A stretch of DNA of 64,000 nucleotides from a virus. Location of the stretch: positions 73,719 to 137,718 of IMG/VR virus record IMGVR_UViG_2757320370_000007; one strand, written 5' to 3'. Both the position numbers and the translations under genes were made by a program. Shown piece by piece: positions 28,476 through 37,726 of this stretch (the first letter of the stretch is position 1; every line of letters starts with the position of its first letter). The notes beneath the pieces are model-generated. The model had not been told where the DNA came from, did no database searches, and worked only from the letters and a program-made list of their open reading frames with translations.

Positions 28476-30755
28476 TTATGCTGACTTTTGATTATATCCG
28501 CAATACTCATTTGCAAATTTAGCTGCAACTTGATTTGAAGTAAATTCAATTTCCATTTTTCCGTTTTTTAAGAATTTAATTGATGTAACTTTATTAAGTG
28601 ATTGCGTCTCATACTTTTCAAAATTTGAAACTTTTTTCTCATTGTCATAACCACAATATTTGGCTAATAGTTCTTTATTCATTTTCACAGACCCATTATC
28701 AAAATGAGATAGAGCATTAAAAATGAACTCTTTGTTATTTGTAAGTCTATATTCTTTCCAAATTGAATCATGGCGAACAAAGTAGCCATCTAAAATTAGT
28801 TTATTGTTACGGATAATTATTTTTTTGTCGTTATATTTGAAAATATCTATAACCTTTGTTTTTATTTCTTTTTCGGCCTTCTCTACAAAATTATACCCAT
28901 CTAATTGTATTGTTATTTCATCGATAATGTTTTCATAAGTGACTTTTATATCATATTTTCTTTCAATTTTCTCAACATTACTAATTGTAATATTATATTT
29001 ATTCATAAAATAGTGACAGATAATTGAAATGAATCTATCTTTAATTTTAGTGATATTTCCATCTAAATCATATGAACTAAATCCAGCGTCAAAACTTGTT
29101 CTTCTAGGATATTTTGTGCTATTTGTTCCCACTTCTTCTGAATATTTTTCTCCATGTGCAATAATTTGCAGTTTAATCGCTTGTAGCTGCTCGGTAAGAT
29201 TATCATATGCTGCTATTGTTTGTTTATAGATTGCTTCTTGATCTTTACAGAATTCCAGATCCTCGTCAGATATTTTTTGATCTGCTGAGATTTCAATGTT
29301 ATCAAATTTAGTAAAGATATCATCAAATGAATTAAAATCAGTATGTTCATTAACCGTATTATTATTTTCCATTGTATCACCTTCCTGTTTTTGTTCTTCT
29401 GTTACTCCCTCAGTTTGACTAAATTCATAATAGATTACATTATCGTTCTGGCCGCCTGTGCTTGCCTCTGTGACTTCTTCGACCATAGTATTAGTATTTG
29501 TATCTTCTTCATCAATAACACCGTGAGAAGGTGTTACAAGTGACTGAGCAAATGCAAGGCGTTCTGCTGTCTGTTTGGCCCACCACTTACCACTATAAGA
29601 AGACCAACGAAAACCATTTTCTTTTAATGACTCAATAAATACCAGAGAAGGTTTCTTTGCAAAGGTTAATTCAATTCCGTTTTTCTCCTCATTGATAGCC
29701 ATAGTTACTTCATTTGAAGCCTCTACGGTTTCGCCTGTTACTGTTTCTTCATTTACAGTTACAACTTCAGGTGTTTCAATTGCTGGAGCATTAGAAACGG
29801 TTTGTTTGCGTGCTGTTTTCCTGAATACAGTTTTTTCTATATATTCAGTAACTTCAACAAATTCAATTACGGCAATGTGACCTTTACTTAGCATTTCGTT
29901 CAACTTTGAAAATGAAGTACTCCACATTTTATCATAGCTTTTAGATGGTTTATTATTTTTACCCAATTTAGAAAACAAACCATTCTCCATACAAGTATAT
30001 TTATTCCCTTTTCTTTTTCCGTAGGTATAACCAACCTTCATTACAAAAGTAAATCCTTCTTTGATATCTGATTCTGTGATTTCTGATACTTCTTTTTCTA
30101 CAATTTGAACAGTAGTAACTGGGACTTTGATAATTTCAGGCTTCAGGGCATCGGCATCAGTCAAAGCTTTTTCAATACGGTTAATCAATGCAGCCAATTT
30201 TTCAGCTTTTTGTTGTTTTTCTGTCTTTTCTTTATTTTCCCAATCATAATCATTAACTGCAAATGCCCCGTTTCCTTTCGCAATGATTTGGCCATCTTTT
30301 TCAATATGCCAGCTTGTGCCTTTTGGATTAGCAAAACTAAAAGTTGGAAAAGTATCAATTACTGTATATTCTGGTTCAACTCCTAATTTATCTTGTTCTT
30401 TTTGAATTAATACAGCACATGATTCTTTTTCGTTATCAGTGCTTGCTGCATCGTTCATCATTGCAGTTAACTTTACAATTCTTTCGTTAGAAACGGATCT
30501 TTTGTTGTTGTAATTATACTCACGTACTTCTTTACCGGAATAAGAAAGATGATACTTGCAAATATCCACCAAGAGAGTATATCCGTTTTTAGTAGCGATT
30601 CCATCCCAATCCGAAGGGCTGAAATAATCAGTCATAGAATCTGATTCATCGGCCTTATAACCATAGATCTTCCAGCCTTTTTCAACCAGTGCAGACATGA
30701 TCATGACTTTCGCTTCGCGTTTTGAGTAGTAATCCATTTGTAAAACCTCCATCAA
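28476..30755 (-). CDS. Large polyvalent-type phage protein
   Basis: NEEKNGIELTFAKKPS...LKENGFRWS..SGKWWAK module typical of polyvalent proteins; acidic linkers. Confidence 0.55.
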   Translation of the reverse strand: MMEVLQMDYYSKREAKVMIMSALVEKGWKIYGYKADESDSMTDYFSPSDWDGIATKNGYTLLVDICKYHLSYSGKEVREYNYNNKRSVSNERIVKLTAMMNDAASTDNEKESCAVLIQKEQDKLGVEPEYTVIDTFPTFSFANPKGTSWHIEKDGQIIAKGNGAFAVNDYDWENKEKTEKQQKAEKLAALINRIEKALTDADALKPEIIKVPVTTVQIVEKEVSEITESDIKEGFTFVMKVGYTYGKRKGNKYTCMENGLFSKLGKNNKPSKSYDKMWSTSFSKLNEMLSKGHIAVIEFVEVTEYIEKTVFRKTARKQTVSNAPAIETPEVVTVNEETVTGETVEASNEVTMAINEEKNGIELTFAKKPSLVFIESLKENGFRWSSYSGKWWAKQTAERLAFAQSLVTPSHGVIDEEDTNTNTMVEEVTEASTGGQNDNVIYYEFSQTEGVTEEQKQEGDTMENNNTVNEHTDFNSFDDIFTKFDNIEISADQKISDEDLEFCKDQEAIYKQTIAAYDNLTEQLQAIKLQIIAHGEKYSEEVGTNSTKYPRRTSFDAGFSSYDLDGNITKIKDRFISIICHYFMNKYNITISNVEKIERKYDIKVTYENIIDEITIQLDGYNFVEKAEKEIKTKVIDIFKYNDKKIIIRNNKLILDGYFVRHDSIWKEYRLTNNKEFIFNALSHFDNGSVKMNKELLAKYCGYDNEKKVSNFEKYETQSLNKVTSIKFLKNGKMEIEFTSNQVAAKFANEYCGYNQKSA

Positions 30756-30789
30756 TATGTAGTTGTTATTTCGCTACTTCTTATTCATA

Positions 30790-30841
30790 ATAATACGCCT
30801 GTTAACACATTTAGTCAATATAAATATATATGTTTACTTTA
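30790..30841 (-). promoter_or_regulatory. SigA early promoter with upstream repeat motif
   Basis: TTGACT-17-TATTAT; TAAAGTAAACATATAT at 30826-30841. Confidence 0.75.
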
Positions 30842-30999
30842 TAAATTAAATGAGAAGGAGTTTTTTTCTCTACTAATCTTCTCATTACATTTTATTCATC
30901 ACTATGTATATTATTCATCAGAAATACGGGTTTATATATTTTATCATGAATACTTATGCATCAATAAGCCGATAAACTACTCTTTCATGAAAACATAAT

Positions 31000-31737
31000 T
31001 CAGGACACCAGATATTTGAATTCATCAGTAAATTGAACACCCATTTCCCAAAATTTAATGTATTCTTCCATCTGTCCTTCAAATGCTGCCTTAACTGATG
31101 CATATTCATTGAACCAATCAGCTTCAGGATTCCAAGTAATTTGTTTTACCACAAACATTTTGAGCAATAAGAGTGTATTCTTGTTTGCTTCCTTCATAAA
31201 AGAAAACACGGACAGTTGGAGCAATTAAATCATAAGAGGTGATAACTGGAGACCCATCATTTGCAGAATACAAAGTCTGAGATATGCCAAAAACCCCAAA
31301 TTCTCCATTGTGAATAACATTCAAACCTTCCATGATAATTCCTCCTGGAATATGTATTTAACTTCTTAAATCAATTATAAGCGATACGGTTATTCATTAC
31401 AACAGTAATTTATATGTTTATTATATAATTATATATTTCCAACTAATCAAGCAACCGTATGGATATCAACATTATCGCCATCATGGACAATACGGTCAAT
31501 TGTGCAACATGTGGTTAATTCGGTGATATCCTGATTCGTTCCTGATATGCGGAAGATTACAAGGCCAGATTTACGGATGAGACGGATATATCGGATTGAC
31601 ATTTTAGTAGTCTCCTTTATTAGTGATTTGAATAGGTGGAACTATCTTAAGATTAGAACACCGATGATATATTTATCCTTTAAGGATTGTTTGCGATCCC
31701 ATTTGGATTTCAATACTGCTAATTGTGCTTGTGACAT
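31000..31737 (-). CDS. Four small hypothetical genes (31000-31224, 31124-31333, 31447-31602, 31642-31737)
   Basis: Last two read manually behind GGAG/GGAGG RBS (51 aa and 31 aa). Confidence 0.55.
31374..31425 (-). promoter_or_regulatory. SigA early promoter with upstream repeat motif
   Basis: TTGTAA-17-TATAAT; TATAATAAACATATAA at 31410-31425. Confidence 0.7.
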
Positions 31738-31937
31738 TTGTGAAACCTCCGTTTGGTGAGTTTGATCTGTTTATTAACTTGAGATAAGTATATCATGGAT
31801 ATTAGTATTTGTATATATGTTTATCTTATAAATATTATAGTGTTGGGTACATTGTGCTGCTTGATGCTTGTGTCGTATAAGAGTTGCTATAGTGAGTTGT
31901 AAGGCATTATGTGAGTGATAAGGTACAAACAGGTGTA

Positions 31938-32099
31938 TTACTTTCGTGTGAGTCTGTATACACCTGTAACAAGGGAATAAAGAGCTGTCAATGAGAGAAT
32001 GATAGTTAGCCATATTGGAGACTGAAAAGAAATGGCTAAAACCGTAAAGATGATAAATAATGATAAGCGTAATGTACCTTCTCGTTTGGTATTGGACAT
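31938..32099 (-). CDS. 53-aa two-TM membrane protein (YoyJ-like position; absent from ORF track)
   Basis: MSNTKREGTLRLSLFIIFTVLAISFQSPIWLTIILSLTALYSLVTGVYRLTRK; AAGGGAGG RBS. Confidence 0.75.
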   Translation of the reverse strand: MSNTKREGTLRLSLFIIFTVLAISFQSPIWLTIILSLTALYSLVTGVYRLTRK

Positions 32100-32130
32100 A
32101 ATTAGATGCCTCCCTTTTTATTGGATAGTG

Positions 32131-32274
32131 TTGACTATAGTCGATGGATTGTGTAAACTGTAAGGGAAAAGAGGGAACGGTGTTGTGTCCGTTCCATTCA
32201 TAGTCATGAGGCTTATTGGATGCCTAGCGCTTGCGTGTAGAACCTTTACGAGAGGTTTTAGACGCTTTCTTTTT
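32131..32274 (+). ncRNA. Predicted antisense antitoxin RNA (SR6-like, about 32166-32274) with its own promoter and terminator
   Basis: TTGACT-17-TAAACT (32131-32159); 15-bp stem plus TTTCTTTTT terminator (32233-32274); overlaps toxin 3' end. Confidence 0.7.
32174..32195 (-). terminator. Terminator hairpin of toxin mRNA
   Basis: GGAACGG-N8-CCGTTCC followed by CTCTTTT. Confidence 0.6.
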
Positions 32275-32394
32275 GCTTATCTTCTTCTTAGGTTTGTTGT
32301 GAATGTGAGTAATAATATCTATGATGTCTTTAACAAACAATCTAATCAGAGTCAAAGTTGCAAGAGTGCCTAACCATTTCTGGTAATCATCCAA
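32224..32394 (-). CDS. yonT: YonT-like type I toxin, 56 aa (absent from ORF track)
   Basis: MDDYQKWLGTLATLTLIRLFVKDIIDIITHIHNKPKKKISKKKASKTSRKGSTRKR; TTG start, GGGAGGAGGTGA RBS, TGGTATAAT extended -10. Confidence 0.75.
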   Translation of the reverse strand: MDDYQKWLGTLATLTLIRLFVKDIIDIITHIHNKPKKKISKKKASKTSRKGSTRKR

Positions 32395-32459
32395 GGGAAT
32401 CACCTCCTCCCTTACAAGATAATTATACCATATATTCTATGGGAATAGAGTGAGAATGA

Positions 32460-33620
32460 GAGAATAGATGTGTATATATTGTGTATATTATATATATTTA
32501 CTTTATTAGATGAGATGAGGAATTGGAATGGATTGAGTAAGGCGTAGAATGGTAAGTGATAATACATATGACCTATAATGTCAGACTGTATTGTATAACA
32601 GATGATAACATTGATAGTACAGAGCGGACAGAGAGCAGACGAATGATATAGAGTGATCTTAGATAACTAACATTTGACTATTTAGTTATGATAACAATTA
32701 ACAATAATACTAACATAATAGATAACAAATAATAGTGCTCTGTGATGAACGTATTGTATTAATAACAATAATAACAATACATACTAACAAAGATAATATT
32801 ATACTAACAATAATAACAAATAGATGAAGCCTTAATTTTGCAAATTCGCGTTATCATTCGATTCGGGACGATATAAGTCCCACCCAATGGATGAGGCTAT
32901 GGAAATTTAAAATTAAAAAATGTGTGAGAATGTGCAAAATTTTAAATAAATATATGATGGATCATGCAGCATAATAGTAGTTGTTTGTCAAGTGTTATGT
33001 TATTGCTAAATGGCATGGAACATATATTCTATACCATTTAGAAGGGTATACCGGGGGTAGTTTACATTCTAAATACTGGTAATTATGGTAAATATCCCTG
33101 CATCTGTTCCACTCCCACACTCAGGTTATTTTTTCATTTTCATCTCCAGAAATTTATTCCCTCCTCTGATTTTCTCCAATATCCAGAAATTTTCCATTTT
33201 CTTATAAATCTCTCACAATTGTAATCGTAATTGTAATCGCAAACCCCTTGTATCTCCTGCATATTTTCATCTAATTTTCCCTCATTTCTATCCTATTTCA
33301 CCTCTTTTTTCTCCATTTTCTTCAAATAACCTTTATGTTTCCTGCACTTTTACGATTACACTACTTCCCACTAAATCCATCTCATTTCATCTCTCATCCC
33401 CAATCACCTCAAACCCTTGTTCCATATACGTTTTATCCCAATTCACACTCTCTAATTCCCTCTCTACGATTACACTAATTTCACATCACGATTACAATTT
33501 TATTCCTCTATTATCCCCATAGGGGAGGGGGTACTTTAACAGATAAAAAGGCAGCATCCATTTAACTAGACACTACCCCATATATAATATGTAATTTTAA
33601 TTCTGACTCTTATGTGTTAC
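32460..33620. other. Long non-coding tract with mirror strand asymmetry and short repeats
   Basis: Purine/AAC-AAT-rich left half, pyrimidine-rich right half; CGATTACA x5; GGGGGTASTTTA x2. Confidence 0.7.
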
Positions 33621-33629
33621 TAACTCTAT

Positions 33630-34454
33630 CTAATTATTTAATTCGCTTTTCAGCTTCTCAATTATGTATACTTGGCCTTTAGGAGTTACCTTTGTAGTCT
33701 TAGTGATCTTCTCTCCATATGAAGTATCAATAGTCCTTTCTTCTACTACAAACAATTTTTGATTCATCGCATATTGACTTGGTTCATTATTAACACTATT
33801 CTTTAGGATCAGTTTCCATTCACGCAGTTTATTATATAATTTCTTCTCACCAATATTAATTCCTTCATCCTGAATAATCTTGCTCAATTCTCTGACCAAT
33901 ATATTATCTTTACTTTTCAATACAGTTTCGGCAAACGTTACAAGCGGTTTATTTTCTTCAACTTGTAATTGCAACTGTTTCTTCTCTTTTAACTCCGAGA
34001 AATAGGCAATCGCTCTGTCTTCTTCAGATAAAGCTAAATATTGTTGTGCCGGATTATTTAATTGAGTTTTCATTCTTTTAAACTCGTTGATAAACTTAAC
34101 CTTTGCTTTCATTGCTTTTGGTGTAATATAGGACATTGCAACAATAACAAATCCTTCTTCCGTCATGTTAACCTTAGTATACATTTGCCCATTCTGTTCA
34201 TGTTTATAGAGGGTGTGCTCAAAGTTGAGCCGAGCAAAACCCTCTTCACCTGCTTCAATTAATTTCTCAATTTGCACTTGAATATCTCGCACAACATTCT
34301 TATGTTCCTTTTCAAATTCTTGTGTCAAAACTAAACTATCGGTTACTAATCTTCCATCTTGTTCAAATACTAATTGTCCATTCTCCAAAATCAAATCATC
34401 CACTCTCAATTTTGTTAAGCGTCTCACCTCAACTTCTTCCTCCCTGTAATACAT
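33630..34454 (-). CDS. Rha-family N-terminus fused to KilAC (ANT) antirepressor domain
   Basis: VTDSLVLTQEFEKEHKNVVRDI...MTEEGF; KPLVTFAETV...VRELSK...KVTPKGQVYI. Confidence 0.88.
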   Translation of the reverse strand: MYYREEEVEVRRLTKLRVDDLILENGQLVFEQDGRLVTDSLVLTQEFEKEHKNVVRDIQVQIEKLIEAGEEGFARLNFEHTLYKHEQNGQMYTKVNMTEEGFVIVAMSYITPKAMKAKVKFINEFKRMKTQLNNPAQQYLALSEEDRAIAYFSELKEKKQLQLQVEENKPLVTFAETVLKSKDNILVRELSKIIQDEGINIGEKKLYNKLREWKLILKNSVNNEPSQYAMNQKLFVVEERTIDTSYGEKITKTTKVTPKGQVYIIEKLKSELNN

Positions 34455-34480
34455 TTTTAATATAATTAAAATACCTATCT

Positions 34481-36256
34481 TTACTTTATATATTCTTCAA
34501 CAAATCTATTCCTTTCTCCAATCTCACTCACAACTAAATTCTCTCTAGCTCTTGTCACTCCCACATAAAACAATCTTGCTTCATCAATCAGATCACTTTT
34601 CTCGTGTGGAAACTTTTTATCCTCTACTCCAACCACAAATATATTATCAAACTCCAATCCTTTACTCGCATGAATACTCATTAACTTTACACAGTTTTCT
34701 TTATTCTTTCTCTTCGTGTTACTCACATAAGCAATGAACTTCTCTGGACTATTTGATTTCACGAATGTCTTTAACACTTCTAATGACTCTAATCGCTCTT
34801 CTCTATCTTCTTTATTTTTATATTTATCTACTATGTATTCTTCCATTTGAAACACTTTAATTATATTCTCAACCAAATGTTCGGCACTAATGTTTTTATC
34901 TTTCTGTAATCTCAAACGGTTAATATATCCTTCAAATTGTTCAGCGCTCTTTGCTTGTCTATAATCAGAATATTTCATATTAATCAATGTCTCATACATT
35001 GACATATCATTTACTCCAGAAAATTTCTTCATCTCAGTTAACAATTTCTCTGGAAAATAGGCTAATGGTTGATTTCTTAATTTGAACATTTCTAAGAATG
35101 CTCCATCATCATGTGGATTAATGATCAATTTCATATATGCCAGTATTCCTGCAATCTCTTTGCGTTTAAAGAAACTTCCATCATTGGTGATATCATATTC
35201 AATATCTTTTTTCTTTAATTCATTTTCCACAAATACAGAATGTGCATTAAGTCTATACAATACAGCAATTTCTTTTGGATTTCCCTGTTCAGCAATTAAC
35301 TTTTCAATTTGATTAGCAACTCTAATTCCTTCTTGTTCTCTGTTTGCTGAAGTATATATTTTAATACTTCCATCTTTTTGATTATGAGCAATAGCATCAG
35401 AATAATGTTCATAATCTCCATAGTAGCGTTTAATAAATCCATTTGCTTTGTCGACAATATTCCTAGCTGATCTGTAGTTGATGTCTAAATTAATAACAGT
35501 TGAGTCTTTCCATTCATCTGCAAAATTCATACAATACTCGGGATTCGACCCACGGAACGTGTATAGCGCTTGACGGTAATCAAACACGCAGAACATATTA
35601 TTAGACTTACACAATTCCTTCAGCAATAAATTCTGCACCAAGTTTGAATCCTGGTGTTCATCCACTAAAACAAACTCATATGTATATTTATTTGGATTCT
35701 TCTTCAACATATCTAAGCACATAATCATGTAATCATCGAAATCATGCAGTCCATTCTTATTCTTAAACTCCTCATACAACTTAAAATACCGTCTTAGTTC
35801 AATCTCACTATAATTACTTTCCTTGACCATAAACTCGTCCGTATATGTTCGGAGATAATTCTTCTGGTAACTAATAAATCCAATGATATCCTTAGTGTCA
35901 ATTTTCTCATTCCCACTACCAACGAATAACTTTTCAATTTGCCATTCCTTAATCATCTTATCGAACGTAACGAATATATTCTCCTTTGCCAATAATCTTC
36001 CACATACAGCATGGAATGTTCCAATGTTAACATCGACATATCCCATCTTTTTTAATTTCTTCTTCAGCTCATCAGCAGTATTGCTCGTAAAGCTAATTGC
36101 TAAGATATCTTGTTCTGATACAAAATGAGTTTCAATCAAATTTCTAATTCGCTCAATTAACACAGTTGATTTTCCTGATCCTGCACCAGCAATAACGGCT
36201 GCGGGTTGGGTATGGTGGTTTATGGCTAAAAGTTGTCCGGGGTTAAACTTAATCAT
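34481..36256 (-). CDS. UvrD/PcrA-like SF1 DNA helicase
   Basis: AGAGSGKST, VDEHQD, DYRQALYTFRG, NYRS, SIHASKGLEF, RLFYVGVTRA. Confidence 0.95.
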   Translation of the reverse strand: MIKFNPGQLLAINHHTQPAAVIAGAGSGKSTVLIERIRNLIETHFVSEQDILAISFTSNTADELKKKLKKMGYVDVNIGTFHAVCGRLLAKENIFVTFDKMIKEWQIEKLFVGSGNEKIDTKDIIGFISYQKNYLRTYTDEFMVKESNYSEIELRRYFKLYEEFKNKNGLHDFDDYMIMCLDMLKKNPNKYTYEFVLVDEHQDSNLVQNLLLKELCKSNNMFCVFDYRQALYTFRGSNPEYCMNFADEWKDSTVINLDINYRSARNIVDKANGFIKRYYGDYEHYSDAIAHNQKDGSIKIYTSANREQEGIRVANQIEKLIAEQGNPKEIAVLYRLNAHSVFVENELKKKDIEYDITNDGSFFKRKEIAGILAYMKLIINPHDDGAFLEMFKLRNQPLAYFPEKLLTEMKKFSGVNDMSMYETLINMKYSDYRQAKSAEQFEGYINRLRLQKDKNISAEHLVENIIKVFQMEEYIVDKYKNKEDREERLESLEVLKTFVKSNSPEKFIAYVSNTKRKNKENCVKLMSIHASKGLEFDNIFVVGVEDKKFPHEKSDLIDEARLFYVGVTRARENLVVSEIGERNRFVEEYIK

Positions 36257-36259
36257 ATA

Positions 36260-36920
36260 TATTTATCTTCTCCTCTGGTTTCAATTCTAAGTAAAATTTT
36301 CTTAAACATTTATAACAATTTCAAACTTTAGATGCTTAGTTGGAACAAATACATGTCCAGACTATAGACATCTTATTTATACATAAACAATAAGAGAAAA
36401 CTTGATATAACGTTCAAGAGCTTTTGAACTTGAACTTATCTCTTTAATTCCACACAATCGGATACGATACTCACCAAAATAACACCATCAATTTCAAACT
36501 CAAATTCACACATAAATTATAATGAAATTTCAACATGCCATTTCCGACCAACAACTATTCGGATTCAATCAGTGACTCCAAAATCATAAACAATAATAAA
36601 AGGAATCAGAGTTTAAAATTGATATGGGAATAATAAGTAAGATACAAGCATCCACAACGAAGATAATATTCAAAAATAGATATCAAAAATTCAAAATTCA
36701 AAACTTGCGTAGCGGACAATTTCCGAAGAGTTGGGAGCTACGCGACCATGGCTCTAAATACTGAGTCTATATATCTATATATCTATTATCTATATAATAT
36801 CTTTATACGTACCCGTTTATGCAGCATAAAACAACCAAGCGTCTGGTAATTTACGAACAGCATCTGGTAATTTCCGACCCGACTTCCTGCAAAAAACGGT
36901 TGTAGGTGAAAATGGCCTAA
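36260..36920. other. Non-coding region with iteron-like repeats (candidate origin)
   Basis: TCTGGTAATTT(A/C)CGA at 36842 and 36863 (21-bp period); TATATCTA-type tract 36768-36800. Confidence 0.5.
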
Positions 36921-36923
36921 TTT

Positions 36924-37592
36924 CTACACAGATAATTCATATTCCTCAAGTTTGTTATAATTCACATAATAATGGTTGTTGTATTTTGTAAATTCGAGTT
37001 CATCATTGTCATTGTATTGGTTATTATGACCAATTTTATGTGCAACTACATGAAGTAATTTTTCTTTCTTGAGTATATCTACATATTCTTTTACGGTAGT
37101 CTTGCCCAGTCCTGTGTCACGACATATCGTAATTACTGCTGAGTAGCAAAATTGATTTTGAACGATGCTCCTATTAATATAACTTTCAAAATAATACAAC
37201 AATCTAACTCCGGTATGACCAATCGTTCCAACTCTGCTCAAAATAGATAGTGGTAGTTGAGTATATTCTTTTTTTGGCGTAGCAAATTTCTTAAGATCAA
37301 GAGATATCAAGCTTGGAGTTGATCTCTCAATTTTAACAAAGTTATTTATGTATCCCCACTTATGTAGATTGGCGAGATGCTTCTTTAGTGTCCGGTTATC
37401 CGATATCTCCATTTTCATTCTAAGTTTAGGGATATCGATATAAATTTCACCACTTCCCCTATTCTCATAAATCAGATATTTAAGCCTTAGTAAAAGTGAG
37501 AATTCAACACTACCTATTTCACGGTCCCTTATAATTGCGTTAGACATCTGTATTACTGATTTATTAATTTTATGTTTATTCTTGTTCATCAT
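36924..37592 (-). CDS. Tandem winged-HTH protein, possible replication initiator
   Basis: Two helix-turn-helix-like segments (RTLKKHLANLHKWGYI; ICRDTGLGKTTVKEYVDILKKEKLL). Confidence 0.6.
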   Translation of the reverse strand: MMNKNKHKINKSVIQMSNAIIRDREIGSVEFSLLLRLKYLIYENRGSGEIYIDIPKLRMKMEISDNRTLKKHLANLHKWGYINNFVKIERSTPSLISLDLKKFATPKKEYTQLPLSILSRVGTIGHTGVRLLYYFESYINRSIVQNQFCYSAVITICRDTGLGKTTVKEYVDILKKEKLLHVVAHKIGHNNQYNDNDELEFTKYNNHYYVNYNKLEEYELSV

Positions 37593-37726
37593 ATGTTTCC
37601 TTTATATGTATAATTATTTTTTCATATACTAATTACCCCACATTTAGTGCGCGCAATTCATCGCCCATACTCTATTTCGCTTAAACATCATCCTTTCTGG
37701 CATTAACTTCAGTTCGATGAATTCAC

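Noticed and set aside
31774-32013. 79-aa minus-strand ORF in the track
   Set aside because: Odd His/Ile composition and no RBS; an overlapping frame gives a 53-aa TM peptide with a strong RBS
32185-32373. 62-aa plus-strand ORF in the track
   Set aside because: Shadow of the YonT-like toxin; a plus-strand terminator at 32233-32274 falls inside it, favouring an antisense RNA
32640-32830. AATAAC-rich repeats as a possible CRISPR array
   Set aside because: No constant-length identical repeats with unique spacers, and no cas genes
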